From assembly GCF_006345805.1 (NCBI RefSeq), contig NC_042998.1, positions 106,888,001 to 106,952,000 of the forward strand: a stretch of DNA of 64,000 nucleotides, read 5' to 3'. Both the position numbers and the translations under genes were made by a program. The notes under the pieces were generated by a model. It was not told the DNA's origin. It made no database searches and worked only from the letters and a program-made list of their open reading frames with translations. Source of the DNA: Octopus sinensis (taxonomy: Eukaryota). This document shows, one piece after another, positions 12,336 to 25,939 of this stretch (positions are counted from its first letter, which is position 1; each line of letters starts with the position of its first letter).

Positions 12336-12639
12336 ATATATATATATATATAGATATATTGTTATATATATATATATTGTTATATATATATATATATTGT
12401 TATATTTCAGAATGGTCATTCTGCCAGTTTAGCTAATAAAAACACACGCACTATATATTTGGTGTTATTTTGCTTCAGTGTTATTTATTTTTTTACATTA
12501 ATCTTAATCTTATTTCGGCCAGAGTTCTTTCGTCACACTCCTGTGACCGCATCAGTGGTCCTTTGTTTTCTTCTTTCTTATTTGTGTCTCTCCTTACTAA
12601 CCGTCAGCCATTTTGACAAAAATCTTGCACAACAAATAT

Positions 12640-13145
<506 letters not shown>

Positions 13146-13886
13146 GTCAACAGCTATTGAAGAGGTTGCAAGAAGCAACGAAAATTTTAAGAGAGAAAAA
13201 TAATAAACGAGAGGAAACTGAAACAGTGAGTGTGTTAATTAATAAGGCATTAAAAGAATGACTCCCCTCAGACAATACAGTCACATATATGTGTGTGTGT
13301 ATGTATGCATGTTCGTATGTATGCACGTATGTGAATAGATAAACAGATACATACATGTATTCATGCATGCATACATACATACATATATACATGCACGCAT
13401 CCATCCATCCATACTTACATATATACATATATATGCACACATGTACGCATGCACACACACACATACACACAGATGTGTGTGTATGTGGGGCCGATTTATT
13501 CGACCAAAATTGTTCAAGGCTGTGCTCCAGCATGACTGCAGTTTAATGACTGAAACAAATAAAAGATAAAAGATGAAACAGCTAAGGTAAATTTAAGGAA
13601 GTTAGGCTACAATTTACAATATCTTCTCCCTGGAAAATTAGCGAATTTTATTTTCTTCGCGCAGAAAAAAATGAAAGCTATTATCCTGACATGTTTCATA
13701 GTTTGCTGACTACATCCTTCATATTTCCCTTCATCCCAAATATGATAAACCATAACTTGGGACCCTACCAAAAGATTACTTGGAGTTTTTCACTAATCTA
13801 AGTGATATCGTCAGCCTAGTATGCCAACAGAGAGCTTATGAAGTATTTTGCACGGATTGATAATCCCTCACTATTTGTTCTCTATA

Positions 13887-14737
13887 CAGGGTGTACCAAA
13901 AACTTTGATATCATTTCATTACCTAATAACGTGAATAATTTTCCTTCAAATTGTCTCAAATTTTAGCAGTGTTTAGAATTCAATACATGTTTAGAATATG
14001 ATCTTTCTTATGTTTTTATTTTCAGGATTAGACATGCCGTTTACTGCAACAGAACTGGCGTTTTATGTATTGAAGTACGCCCAAAATCAGTCAAATATGG
14101 ATGTGTGGCGTGTATTTGTTAGAAGATTTCATAAACAAGTCCCAACAGAGAAGCAGATTTGGATGTGGCATAAGTAGTTTCAAAAGAAAGGCTGTTTGAG
14201 TCGGAAAAAAGGATCTGAACGGCCAGCAGTTTCAGAGAGAGATGGTGAACGCTTAGTCGGAGTCCAAAGAAATCTGTGCGAAGAGCAAGTCTGGAAACCT
14301 GGATCCCCAAGTCAAATGTTTGGCGTGTCATAAGAAGACGCTTGTGACTAACCCCCTACAAGATTCAGCAACTGCAGACTTTAAAACTGTTTGACAAGCA
14401 AAAGCGTAAAACGTTCTGTGAAGATATGCAAGAGAAACTTAAAGATGACTTTGAAAACCGTTTCGTTTTCAGCGACAAGGCCACATTCCACAGGAATGGC
14501 AAAGTGACACATGTGAACACGAAAAGGACTCACCAAAAGTGAATTGTGTTCTGCGCCATCTCAAAGAATCGTGATAACTTTGAAACATTATAAAATTATC
14601 ATCTCACACAATTTTTCGTTGGAAATCTATAGAATAAAACTTATGTTCAAAATTAAGCCTATTAAGTTTCATTTCTCTTGACCATGCAGTCACTCTGAAA
14701 TGGACATCACAAATTATGCGAAAGCTTTTGGGACACC

Positions 14738-14740
<3 letters not shown>
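13887..14740 (+). mobile_element. Internally deleted Tc1/mariner-superfamily transposon (Tc3/maT-like) with transposase pseudogene
   Basis: TIRs CAGGGTGTACCAAAAACTTT / AAAGCTTTTGGGACACCCTG (18/20) with TA on both flanks. From 14034: MPFTATELAF...SPKKSVRRAS...PYKIQQLQ...FVFSDKATFH with stops and frameshifts. Confidence 0.9.
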
Positions 14741-14830
<90 letters not shown>

Positions 14831-14868
14831 ATAAATGGTGGGGTTGTGTTGACCACCATAGAGAAATG

Positions 14869-14971
14869 ATAGGCAAGGGAAAATTATAAAAAGGCAGAAT
14901 GCTAAATTGAAAGAAAATTTTCATTAAAATTTTCTTTCAATTTAGCATTCTGCCTTTTTATAATTTTTCCT

Positions 14972-14978
<7 letters not shown>
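14869..14978. repeat. 53-bp-arm hairpin with 4-nt loop
   Basis: 14869-14921 is the reverse complement of 14926-14978 with 2 mismatches. Lies between two (TA)n tracts. Confidence 0.9.
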
Positions 14979-15015
<37 letters not shown>

Positions 15016-15028
15016 CATACATACACGC

Positions 15029-15255
15029 CAATCTTGAGAAATTAGGCTTCTCAAAACCAGAAAGGAGAAAGCTAATTCGAAGACTACAGATCCAATCCAT
15101 CACTGGAACTGTAGAAGTCTGTAAAACTTTCCAGACATGCTCACATATGAGCATGTTTAGATATGCAACTATATGCATGAGAATACATACATAAAACAAA
15201 GCATACATACATACATACATACATACATACATACATACATACATACATACATACA

Positions 15256-15287
<32 letters not shown>
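15029..15287 (+). mobile_element. 3' end of R4/Dong-like LINE followed by (CATA)n
   Basis: Near-identical to 39810-40003 (NLEKLGFSKPERRKLIRRLQIQSITGTV...) and continues into (CATA)n. Confidence 0.85.
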
Positions 15288-15288
<1 letters not shown>

Positions 15289-16172
15289 GAGTAACTTTTC
15301 GGTCGGCAGTCTACGAACACTCCCTGCAAACGCAAGCCTTCAGTGATTTCCTCAAATTCATGAGTTTACTCTAATTAAATACCCACTCATTTATTAATGC
15401 ATATTTATTCACTGGTCATCACAATCAGCAGATGTTTACAAAATTCTGTTGACTAGGGACGCCGGCATACTGCGGTAAAGTTCCCCCTATTACTTTCAGT
15501 AAATGCAACAAAAGGACATGAAGTTAGATCTGTAGACTAGAAAAGATATATTCGGTAATTAAACACTGGTCACACTGCTAGCAGTCATAACTTGTACTAC
15601 ATTAGGTAACATTTGACTGTGAGTTAATTAGACTAGTGAGATTTAACAAACTTGTCCGAGCACATTGTGATTTTCCTAATGAAATACGCACATAAATATA
15701 AACAGGCAGATTATATATAACAGACACATGCAGAAACATGTACATACACACCTACATTTATTACGTAAATACAGCTTTATGGGAAATAGTTCTTATTTGG
15801 AATGGTATTTGGAACTATAAATCAGTCTCTTTAAAATATGTGGGTTCGTGTCCCACAGGCAGTTTTAGTCTTTTTCTATCCAAATGTATTTTTGACACGA
15901 TATTTACAAGCTATTATTTATAGCTTTATCTGCTTTGCGTTTCACCGTTCCTAAAAAGAATTATTTCACGTTCCCTCGAATTTTGTAAATTCTAAATACC
16001 CCACGAAATAGTTTACTCTAATTAAATACCCACTCATTTATTAATGCATATTTATATACATAAAACAAAGCATACATAAATACATACATACATACATACA
16101 TACATAGATACATACATACATACATACATACATACATACATACATACATACATACATACATACATACATACA

Positions 16173-16203
<31 letters not shown>

Positions 16204-16371
16204 TTTATATAAAATAGTTTACTAGCTGAGGAGGACTAGTGATATACAGAATACCTATCTTGAATCCTAATTCTAATATTTTACGAACTTACTATTTATT
16301 TTCCCCCTCGTCTCTATCTCATATTTTTGCTAATACTAACTTTCAGAAGAAATTATTGAAATATTTTACAG

Positions 16372-16452
16372 GTTGGAGATGTATATCTGAATAAACAACG
16401 AGAAACCCATCAATTATCTGTGCATCATGAAAGGCAAAATCTGCAATCATAG
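16372..16452 (+). CDS. Candidate terminal coding exon (VGDVYLNKQRETHQLSVHHERQNLQS*)
   Basis: TTTTACAG acceptor, TACTAAC ~32 nt upstream, open to TAG. Duplicated at 23930-24004. Confidence 0.3.
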   Translation, partial: VGDVYLNKQRETHQLSVHHERQNLQS

Positions 16453-16852
16453 TACTTATCGCTTCTTTTTAATTCTAGTCTACTGCTTAAACACCAACCT
16501 TTTCTGCATTTGTTACTGGTTCTAGCTTTCTTTCTGTCTCTGGCTACCAGTCTCACTTGTCTTACCTCACTTTTTCAACCTCTCTTTTTCTCTCCCCCTC
16601 TCTACCTCTTCATTCAAATATTTTCCTCGTTTCGCTTATCTCTTTTCTCAAAGTTATATTTTCTAGCAGCTTCTCAACTAATCAAGCAATCAATCACTCG
16701 ATTAATCAATATCTGAATATACAATATAATCCAATAAGATCGATAATATTATACATATACACACACACTTATATATACGCACGATATGGATGTGTGCATA
16801 TTTGTATACGCGATATGAATGTGTGTTCATATATTCACGCCCGATATGAATA

Positions 16853-16901
<49 letters not shown>

Positions 16902-16917
16902 ATATATACATTACGTT

Positions 16918-17288
16918 ACGTGGCACTCCGTCAGTTACGACTACGCTGGTTTCAGTTGATTCGATCAACGGAACAGCCCGCTCGTGAAATCAACTTGCAA
17001 GTGGCTGAGCACTCCACAGATACGTGTACCCTTAACATAGTTCTCGGGGAGATTCAGCGTGACACAGAGTGTGACAAGGCTAGCCCTTTGAAATACAGGT
17101 ACAACAGAAACAGGAAGAAAGAGTAAGAAAAAGTTGTGGTAAAAGAGTACAGCAGGGTTTGCCACCATCCCCTACCAGAGCATTATGGAGCTTTAGGTGG
17201 AGGTGCAATGGCCTGGTGGTTAGGGTAGCGAACTCTTGGCCGTAGGATCGCGGTATCGATTCCCAGACCGGGCGTTGTGAGTGTTTAT
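16918..17288. mobile_element. tRNA-derived SINE, family C (head apparently inverted relative to body)
   Basis: tRNA-like head on + at ~17198-17288 (TGGCCTGGTGG A-box, GGTATCGATTCCC B-box). Body 16918-17197 recognised from recalled cephalopod repeat consensus. Confidence 0.6.
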
Positions 17289-17373
17289 ATAGCTATATTT
17301 ATTATATATATATCTATATATATATATATATATATATTATAATATATATATATATAGAGGAGAGAGGAGAGAG

Positions 17374-17451
<78 letters not shown>

Positions 17452-18417
17452 TATAGATATAAGGTATTTGCATACACACACACACACAATACAAACAATA
17501 AACAGAATTTGGGTGGGGTGTATAAATGCAGACTTCCAGGTGTATGCTGTTAGTAGACAGTCATTCTCAGTCATACTTCAAAACTAAAAACACGAACAAC
17601 AGATATTGTAGTTAAACATGATTTTTCTTTGTATTCTTTATCTGATCAACAAAAGGAGAGCAAGCTGAATGGTTTAACCATTTTTACCGCTTCATCAACG
17701 GTCGTATTGATTTGATCTTCCACAGAAATAAATAGTTTTCAGCTATTAATTTCTCTGTTTGTCGAAATATGAGTATGCAATCAGTGATGAACAGTTTGAA
17801 AAATACTGAAATTAGTCAGGCCAAGCTCGTCGACCATAATGTGAAAACTTGAAACAACAGAGAAGAGAAGTAACTCCAATAAATCAGATAATTGAAATTT
17901 TGAACAATTTAGACAATCAAGATTACACATATATTTGTAGTGTTATATAAAGATTCATAAAATCATGTAACTATCAAAGAAAGCTCCTCTAGCGGACATG
18001 GTTAGCAGACCCCAAAGTAATCCAATATGGAGGAGTATAATGCAGAGTTCTATGCAACGGAAACCCAGGAGATCCAATCGATGATATTATTTCATGGGGA
18101 GTATATAAACCATAAGCAGTCAGGTATGAGAGGTGAATATATTTATTTAACCACTTGTCATATCAGGATTACGGCCGTTTCGCAGCCTTCATCATTTAAT
18201 AGTAATTTAACGTATAATAAACAATGTTTACATGTCAGCACTAATACGCACGCAACTCATTACACAATGCAGTTGTATACTTATAAATCAATGCAGATTA
18301 AGAAAGCTAACATCATGGTTACAGAACATCATGGCAACATCAGTTCTTCAACTCTCAGTGTTTGCCACCACGGGAACAGTTTTCTCTTGGTTTGGCATAA
18401 AGTAGAAGGATGCTTGC

Positions 18418-18492
18418 TTCCCAAGCGTTCAACCATCTAAGTACTAACTAGGGTCGACGCTGCTTAACTTCGGTGACCGGGCGAGAACCGGT
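18418..18492 (-). pseudogene. 5S rRNA fragment (pseudogene or 5S-derived SINE head)
   Basis: Minus strand ACCGGTTCTCGCCCGGTCACCGAAGTTAAGCAGCGTCGACCCTAGTTAGTACTTAGATGGTTGAACGCTTGGGAA aligns to ~nt 27-101 of metazoan 5S, including box A/IE/box C. Both 5S ends are missing. Confidence 0.85.
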
Positions 18493-18499
18493 ATATATA

Positions 18500-18530
18500 T
18501 CTATATTATACTAAAACTCAGTTTGTCTGT
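18500..18530 (+). mobile_element. Helitron 5' terminus fragment
   Basis: TCTATATTATACTAAAACTCAGTTTGTCTGT resembles the 5' end of the 8720-9089 Helitron. Confidence 0.45.
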
Positions 18531-18934
18531 TTTCCTGCAATTGGATTAAGATGATAAAGATTACAAATGAAATAGTCATTTCCCCCTTTAAGAAAAAAAT
18601 CAAATTGAAAATGTCGACACTTCAAAAAGTCTTCGCATCACTGGTGCTCATCCCTCTTTTTTACTTACTTTTTTCTTCCCTTAATCATTCATACAACTTT
18701 CGAAGTGCCGCGGACTTGAATGATGGAAATTCTTCCTATATTTTTATGAGATATTTTTTGAATCACGAGTACTTGATTTTTTTCTTAAAGAGGAAAATTA
18801 CTATATTATTTAAAATAAAATACTAATCGTAATCATCTTAATCAAAAGGCAGAAACACAGAGAGAGTATCTCTTTAGACGAAGATCAGTTGCAATGGATA
18901 TATTATATATATATATAATATATATATATATACA

Positions 18935-19870
18935 TATAGTCAATCCAAACATGAACAAGCAAGAAAAGACAACAACGCGAAGGCGTGGAATAAGTACAGT
19001 GCTATTGGACGCTCAGGAAAGGAAAAAAATGAAAGAGGATTTCACGTTTTGAGCGGAGCTCTTCATCAGTAATATAGAAAAACTCAAAAGAAAGTAAGAC
19101 GGAGAAAGAAAATCGCCAACGATACACACGCGGTCACATATTGAAAAATGTATTTGTGATTTTTTGCTGAAGGTTAAAGTGGTAACAAAAACACGACAGA
19201 GGACAGTAAGAACAAAACACTAAAAACAAACGGTGAGGGTTGTTAAGCTATGACGAGTTGAAGTGCTGAACGCTGGAAAAGAGCTTTGAGAAGAGACAGG
19301 CAAAAGCACGTCTTGTCTTTAGGAAGGAAGTGGAAGAAAGATATATATATATATATCCCTCTCTTGTTCTTCTTCCTTTCTGCTTTTCTCTCCCACCCTT
19401 TCCTTAGTCTTCTCCTCTCCCCTTCAACATTTCCCCTCTCTCTCACCCCTCCTCCTTAACTCTCTCGTTGCTCACACGTGACCAACGGCTAACTATCTTT
19501 CTTTCTTCCACTTCCTTCCTAAAGACAAGACATGTTTTTACCTGTCTCTTCTCAAAGCTCGTTTTTCCAGCGTTCACCACTTCACCTCATCATGGCTTAA
19601 CAACCCTCACCGTTTGTTTTTACTGTTTTGTTCTTACTGTCCTGTTTTCACAAATTTATTTAATTTGCTTTGCGGGTAGGACTGTTTTAACGAAGTCGCA
19701 TCTTGTCCCTACCTTCGAACGCGGAGTAGATAAAACAGGGGACAACTGATGAAGGAAATGTTCTTTATATTGCCTGTCCCGTTTCTCTTTTTGTTTCGTT
19801 GTTCGTTTTCTGTTTTTGTTTTTATGTTCTCTTTTCTCATTTTGTTCACTTTGTTTTGACGTCCTGTACC
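18935..19870. mobile_element. Composite Penelope-derived repeat with 140-bp inverted arms
   Basis: 19200-19341 is the reverse complement of 19500-19642. 19356-19870 matches 9100-9660. 18935-19140 matches 10575-10790. Confidence 0.7.
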
Positions 19871-19878
19871 CATATATG

Positions 19879-19933
<55 letters not shown>

Positions 19934-19975
19934 ATATATATATGTAGGTATGTACATATATGTATGTATAAATGC

Positions 19976-20009
<34 letters not shown>

Positions 20010-20252
20010 CAAGGAGTGACTCACACTATAGGTATGCGCTCTCGGTGCTCAAATAGGTGTGCCACTAAAATTCCGGTGTTAATGACAGTTGAAGTTAATG
20101 ACAGTTGAAGTTATGCCTTATCCAAAGCGGCTAGAAGGGGCTTCCCTTGAGCCAGTAGGTATAGGTTAAAGTAGAAAGGAGAGACAAACAATTTGACAAG
20201 AGTTAACTAGGACATTTAATTTAATTCAGCAATATAATGAACGGTGGAGATA

Positions 20253-20338
20253 GTCTCTGACAGCTGTTTCTGGGATATCCCAACTAGTGGAACATCGTGC
20301 CGAGGGAAGACTCCATATGCTAAGTAATCCGCCATCGG

Positions 20339-20341
<3 letters not shown>
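20253..20341 (-). ncRNA. Decayed hammerhead-like motif (CCGAUG core)
   Basis: TCT-CCGATGG-(~60 nt)-GAA-ACAGCTGT-C-AGA. Same stem III palindrome as 44560-44611. Confidence 0.4.
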
Positions 20342-20437
<96 letters not shown>

Positions 20438-20739
20438 CAGACAGAGATAGGTTAAACATATGTAACAGTGGAAATAGCTAAGATCAATTTCAATATTTGT
20501 AGTGTTGTCTATAGATTCAGTCACAGTTGATAATATACCCTTTAATCTCTCCAACGAATAAAATACATGAAACAACTTGGGGGATTCTATGTAATTGTTT
20601 GACTTGCTAGAAATAACAGACAAAGTCTCCCTCAAATTACACTGTCTTCTTACGTCATTATGTTGACGAACAATTCCTCGACACTTTCATGACAAACGCT
20701 CTATGCATATCATTGAATTTTCATGTAAGAATACAAAGG

Positions 20740-21103
20740 TAATTTCCTTTTGCAGCTTTTTGGGGTTCTTTTACAAGACGCTATGTTGTCTGTAAAGAGA
20801 ACGTAAAGAAGCGGGACAATTACCGCAAACCATTTTGTTTAACATGGACGATTCCACCTTGGAATGGTTCTGTACTTTACTGATACAGGAAGAGGATTGT
20901 AAACGTTAGACCTTCCCTACAAAATGGTATTTTCGTACAAAATTGCTACACCGATATTTTTGGTATGTTTTAACAATTTTGTGTTTATACATAGTGTCTC
21001 ATAATGATAGGATGCATCGCAAACTGAAGTAACTAGCACTGGAACAAGCATATTTATTAAGTAGAGTGAGATAAAATGTGCCCCAATATTTTGAGACAGC
21101 CTG
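20740..21103 (+). mobile_element. Tc1-like transposon 3' remnant
   Basis: Ends TTTTGAGACAGCCTG|TA (TIR-like plus TA). Degenerate FLWG-like codons upstream. Confidence 0.45.
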
Positions 21104-22559
21104 TATCATAAATTTTTGCTCTCGAGTTTCTACTTTATGCTTCACCCTCATTTTCAAAATTTAGCATTTCCTATATCTTATTCATGTTCATAAAATTCTT
21201 CTACTTTATATACAAATGAGAACTTGTGAGTGAAGGCTGTGAGTAATGGGACACAATTATACGACGTATTCTTTCGCTTCATATAGTTTTGTCCGTTTCG
21301 ATTACCATCTCAGTACTGTCTCGTTTTGCGGTATTGTTCGATTATTTCCACAAGTGATCTGTAAAAATTTGGGATTCCAAGTTGTGTTTGGTGAATCTGT
21401 TTTAACTGAACGGAAAAATATGGATATATGTTCAGATAGAGATGCAAATGATAAAAGAAAAAACTCTCATAAGAGAAAAATGTCTATAGTTTCTTACGAA
21501 TTTCGTATAGGAAAGCAACCTTACAGGCGTTTCCAATTTAAAATCAACTAACAAATGACATTGCTCATAAAGTCAAGAGTTTTGGCCTTTAAAACTAATT
21601 GGTGAAAAGAATGAACCTGTTTCAGTCTTATTAGACGTCGTCATCAAAACATATTCTACCCATCGTGATTAAGACAGATCACTATATTTGAACTCAAAAT
21701 GCAAAGAGCTACACGAAATACAAGGCATCCCTTAAACACTGAACAGTAAAAACTAGACCTTAAAAATATCCTCCGGGATACGACACTTATCTAAAGCAGA
21801 TAGTAATCCTAAGGGACCCAATACCTAATTGTAAGTGAATTGAGGTCCATAGAATTTAATAATTAATCCTGGGACGAAAACAACAACAATAGCAGTGGCG
21901 TTACCGTTTACCATAATAAACGAATTAATAAGTTATCTCTCGACTTACTAACTATAGCAGCCAAATTTCCACCCCTATTTCACCATACCCCCTTCAAAAA
22001 AAGACAGCCCATATTGGATAATGTATCACTGAACAAAAGAGGAATTATATATTTTTTATGCCTAGTCAGAAGAAGGATATCATCTATGACCCATTCCCAA
22101 GCTTGCAGGATTTGTGGGAAGATGATAGGAATTATCCTGAGACCGAAGACCTAACCCGAATGCTTGCAACACAATGAATTCCACAAAAGGAATACAAAAG
22201 TCAAATGGTGTTATTAAACTGGGCTGCGAACTTTTATCATATTTACTGCGGTTTATTCCTTAAGTAATCTCTGATAAAACAGATTCTATGATCAAAGCAT
22301 TCCAGATATGACCATTCGTTCTTACTCTCAGATAATATATCCAGGATTACTTTAAACATTATGTTCTTTCTTTTCTTTAAATATATTAAGCTATAATTTT
22401 GAAAACAAATTGTAGCATATATATCTATCAAGTCGAGTGACCATAACCAGAGAATCTCTTTCTGGCTTGATTTTAATGTATTTTTACATGAAGATTGTGT
22501 GAATAGAATCTTCGCAACAATTAAAAACAATCCATCTTTGAGGGTGTGAAACTTTAAAC

Positions 22560-22893
22560 ATCACTAGGTTCGTGACTATGCGACAAGTTGACTATTACAC
22601 TCGGTCAGTCCAGATGACCTTCAACATCAGGTGATCAGCAACAGTATGGCAGCCTTTTCTAAACTGACACGCATGTATGAAAGGCGTCTAAATCTTATCG
22701 GGCATTGTCTGAGACTCTTCAAGTTGCTCACCAGCTAAGTTATTATCTAGAAACTGAACCTTAGACGTTCATTTAGAACCATAGCCAATACTTTGATGAA
22801 AGATAGTAGTATGGTAACTTCTGATGAAATAGAATATGTGGAGTCATTGTCATCGTGCCCGACGCTAGTGTAAGTAGTATTCTAAAGGTGATA

Positions 22894-22941
<48 letters not shown>
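22560..22941 (+). mobile_element. RTE-clade LINE 3' remnant with (GAT)n tail
   Basis: ERRLNLIGHCLR at 22679 (RTE C-terminal RRLxxxGHxxR motif), followed by a (GAT)n tail at ~22890-22941. Confidence 0.65.
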
Positions 22942-24625
22942 TGAAAATCGCAATTTCAAACATAGGGGGAACGTTTGGTCAAATAAATGTCCCCCAGTAC
23001 TTGTTTTGTACTTTATTTCATCCACCTCAGAAGAATGAAAAACAAAGATGAGCTCGGTGGGATTATAACTTCAAAATCTAAAAGACATAACTAAATACCG
23101 TAAGGTATTTTACCAGACGCTCTATCGATTCTGTCAAAGTAAACAAAACAGATGAAACCTCTAGAATGACGTGACTTCTGCTAGATTTAAATCAATAGAG
23201 AACTGAATGGTTAATAAAATATTCGGACAAAACTGTGCATGAGATGAGAGTCAGAGTTGTAGGATACTGTTTATTTATATCAGCGTAAAATCATTTCTTA
23301 ATGACGTTTGTTTTGACTGATGTTTTTAATAATGAGTGTATTATTAAATGCTGTTACTGCTATAGCTGGACAGTTTGGAAATATGAAGGAAAGGGTAGGA
23401 TAGGAGGCGGGTTGTAGGACATAGATAAGGTATATGTTAGAGGTAGTGTTAAGAATCCATGACTCGACGATATGGTAATACATTTAGATACAGATACAGA
23501 GAACGAGAGAGAGAGAGCGATGAACGAGAGAAAGACAGACAGACAGACAGAAAGAGAGAGAGAAAAAAGATAGACAGACAAAGAGAGAGAGAGAGAGAGA
23601 AATAGATAGAAAAAGAGAGATGGATAAGAAACTGTAGTAAAGAGAGATAGTCATGCGTAGAAAGCAGAGAAAATACAGAAAAAAGAGAGAAAGTAGTGGG
23701 GGAGAGAGATAAATTATATGAAATTTAGAGAGAGAAGCAAAGCAAGAAACAGAAAGACGGTTAGAGAATGAGATAGCGAGAGACAGAGAAATATAGAGCG
23801 TGTGTGTGTGTGTGTTTGTGTGTGTGTGTATGTGTATGTGCGTGCGAGTATGTGTATATGTGTGTGTGTGGTTGCGTGTGTCCGTTTAGGTGTGAGCATG
23901 CGTGCATGTGCGTGCGTAGCGTAAAAGCAGATGTATATCTGAATAAACAACGAGAAACCCATCAATTATCTGTGCATCATGAAAGAAATAATCTGCAATC
24001 ATAGTACTTATCGCTTCTTTTTAATTCTAGTTTACTGATCAAACCACTTTTCTCTACTTAGGTCTGATTTTCTTTCTTTCTGTCTACTAATCTATCAGTT
24101 ATCTCACTTTCTCTCTAGAGAAAAAGAGTGTGTACGTGAGCATCAAAGCAGAAATGGTAAATGATAGATAATAGTAAAGTGAATGTTACCGTAATTGATA
24201 CAGTAAACCAAGAAATTTTAATAAGAAAACATTACACCTGTAGTGATAATAACAATTATCTTCTAAACAATTAATTTTAGTCGAAAAGCAGGAAACAGCT
24301 TAGAAAATTTCATTAATTTGATCTATTAAAATATTGATTGCAGTGGAGTGTGAGTCTAATTTTTAACAGTTTGGACTAGAGTCGCCAGATTAGGACAAAT
24401 AGCAGATTACGTTACTTTCCGGAACTACACGCTACTTTTTATTTTTAATTTGAGCTACACGTACTTGCTTCTTTGCGGACTACTTAAAATTTTGGACTAC
24501 CTAAAATATTCATACTACTTAATATTTTTTATTTGAAAATTCATTTTAATGGTACTTTTGTCCAGTCAGTAAAAATTATTGACAAATTAAGTGAAATATG
24601 CTTCGCTATATGCTTGATTGATATA

Positions 24626-25036
24626 TTCTTTTCTGCTCTAAGCACAATGCCCGAAATATTTGTGGAGGGGGTCAGTCGATCAGATCGACCCCAGTACACA
24701 ACTGGTACTTAATTTATCGATCCCGAAATGATGAAAGGCAAAGTCGACCTCTGTGAAATTTGAACTGAGAACGTAACGGTAGACGAAATACCGCTAAGCA
24801 TTTCGCCCGGCGTGCTAACGTTTCTTATTTCTTTATTGCCCGCAAGGGGCTAAACATAGAGGGGAAAACAAGGAAAGACAAAGGGATCAAGACGATTAGA
24901 TCGACCCCAGTGATTACTGGTACTTAATTTATCAACCCCGAAAGAATGAAAGGCAAAGTCGACCTCGGCGAAATTTGAACTCAGAACGTAAAGACAGACG
25001 AAATACCGCTAAGAATTTCGTCCAGCGTGCAAACAT
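24626..25036 (-). mobile_element. Two adjacent family-A SINEs with different 3' tails
   Basis: 24626-24824 and 24825-25036 share the GACCCCAGT..GAAAGGCAAAGTCGACCTC..ATTTGAACT core but have unrelated tails. Confidence 0.9.
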
Positions 25037-25939
25037 TTCTGCCAGCTCGCCGCCTTATCATACAAATATATCATGAAAGCACTGTAATTACCACTGAATT
25101 AAATGAAAGATCTGCATGAATAGAGAAGAGTAAGCAATGGGAAATTCCCCGAACATTTACTTCCCATTAAACCCTATTGCATTATAAATCATTCATTACT
25201 GATAACATCATACAATAACTGCTAATGCGCTATCCGTTACATGTTCCAAACGTATCATTCAAGGAAGCATTAAATATTTCCTCATTAATTCAATGCAAAA
25301 TTTCAATATTGCTTAAAATTTATTTTAAACTTAAATTATTTTGATAATTATAAGTAATTAGCACATTGTAATGATATTCGCAAATGTTACAGAATAACTC
25401 AATCCAAGAGTGAAATCCTTTTGGTAGTACTATTTGTCGACAATTTTTCTCAGGGAATAGGTTTCGCCAACCATGCAGTGATAGGTGTTTCCTTTTTTTA
25501 ATAAATTTATACTATAGCTAACACGCTAACTTAAAAATAGTGGGATGAGCAAAATTTTAATATATCCTCTTTATTCGAAATTGTAGGGCACGAAATGCTA
25601 GACTGACCACGTAGAAACTAGCGAGTAAAATGAAGAAAACTGGAAGTTATTGGGAGTAATTACCCAATCATGTTGCAGAAATGTGAACAAATTAAGTATT
25701 TATTTAATAAACAGTGATTATTCCAGAATTATGCATATGTATACAATGAGAAAATGGTCAACGTATCATAAAAACATTAAAAAAAACTGAGTTAACGGTT
25801 CCACAGTTTTCGTTGGTTTAGTTTTGGTAAAGGTTATTTTTGACAACAATTTTCCTATCGTTAAACATTAAAAAAAGTTATACTGTAATATACTCGAATT
25901 CACAACAAATTATCAAAACAGTTTTTATAAATAACAAAA

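Noticed and set aside
20018-20032. GACTCACACTATAGG resembling a T7 promoter
   Set aside because: It has a 2-nt insertion, lacks TAATAC and has no vector context; chance match.
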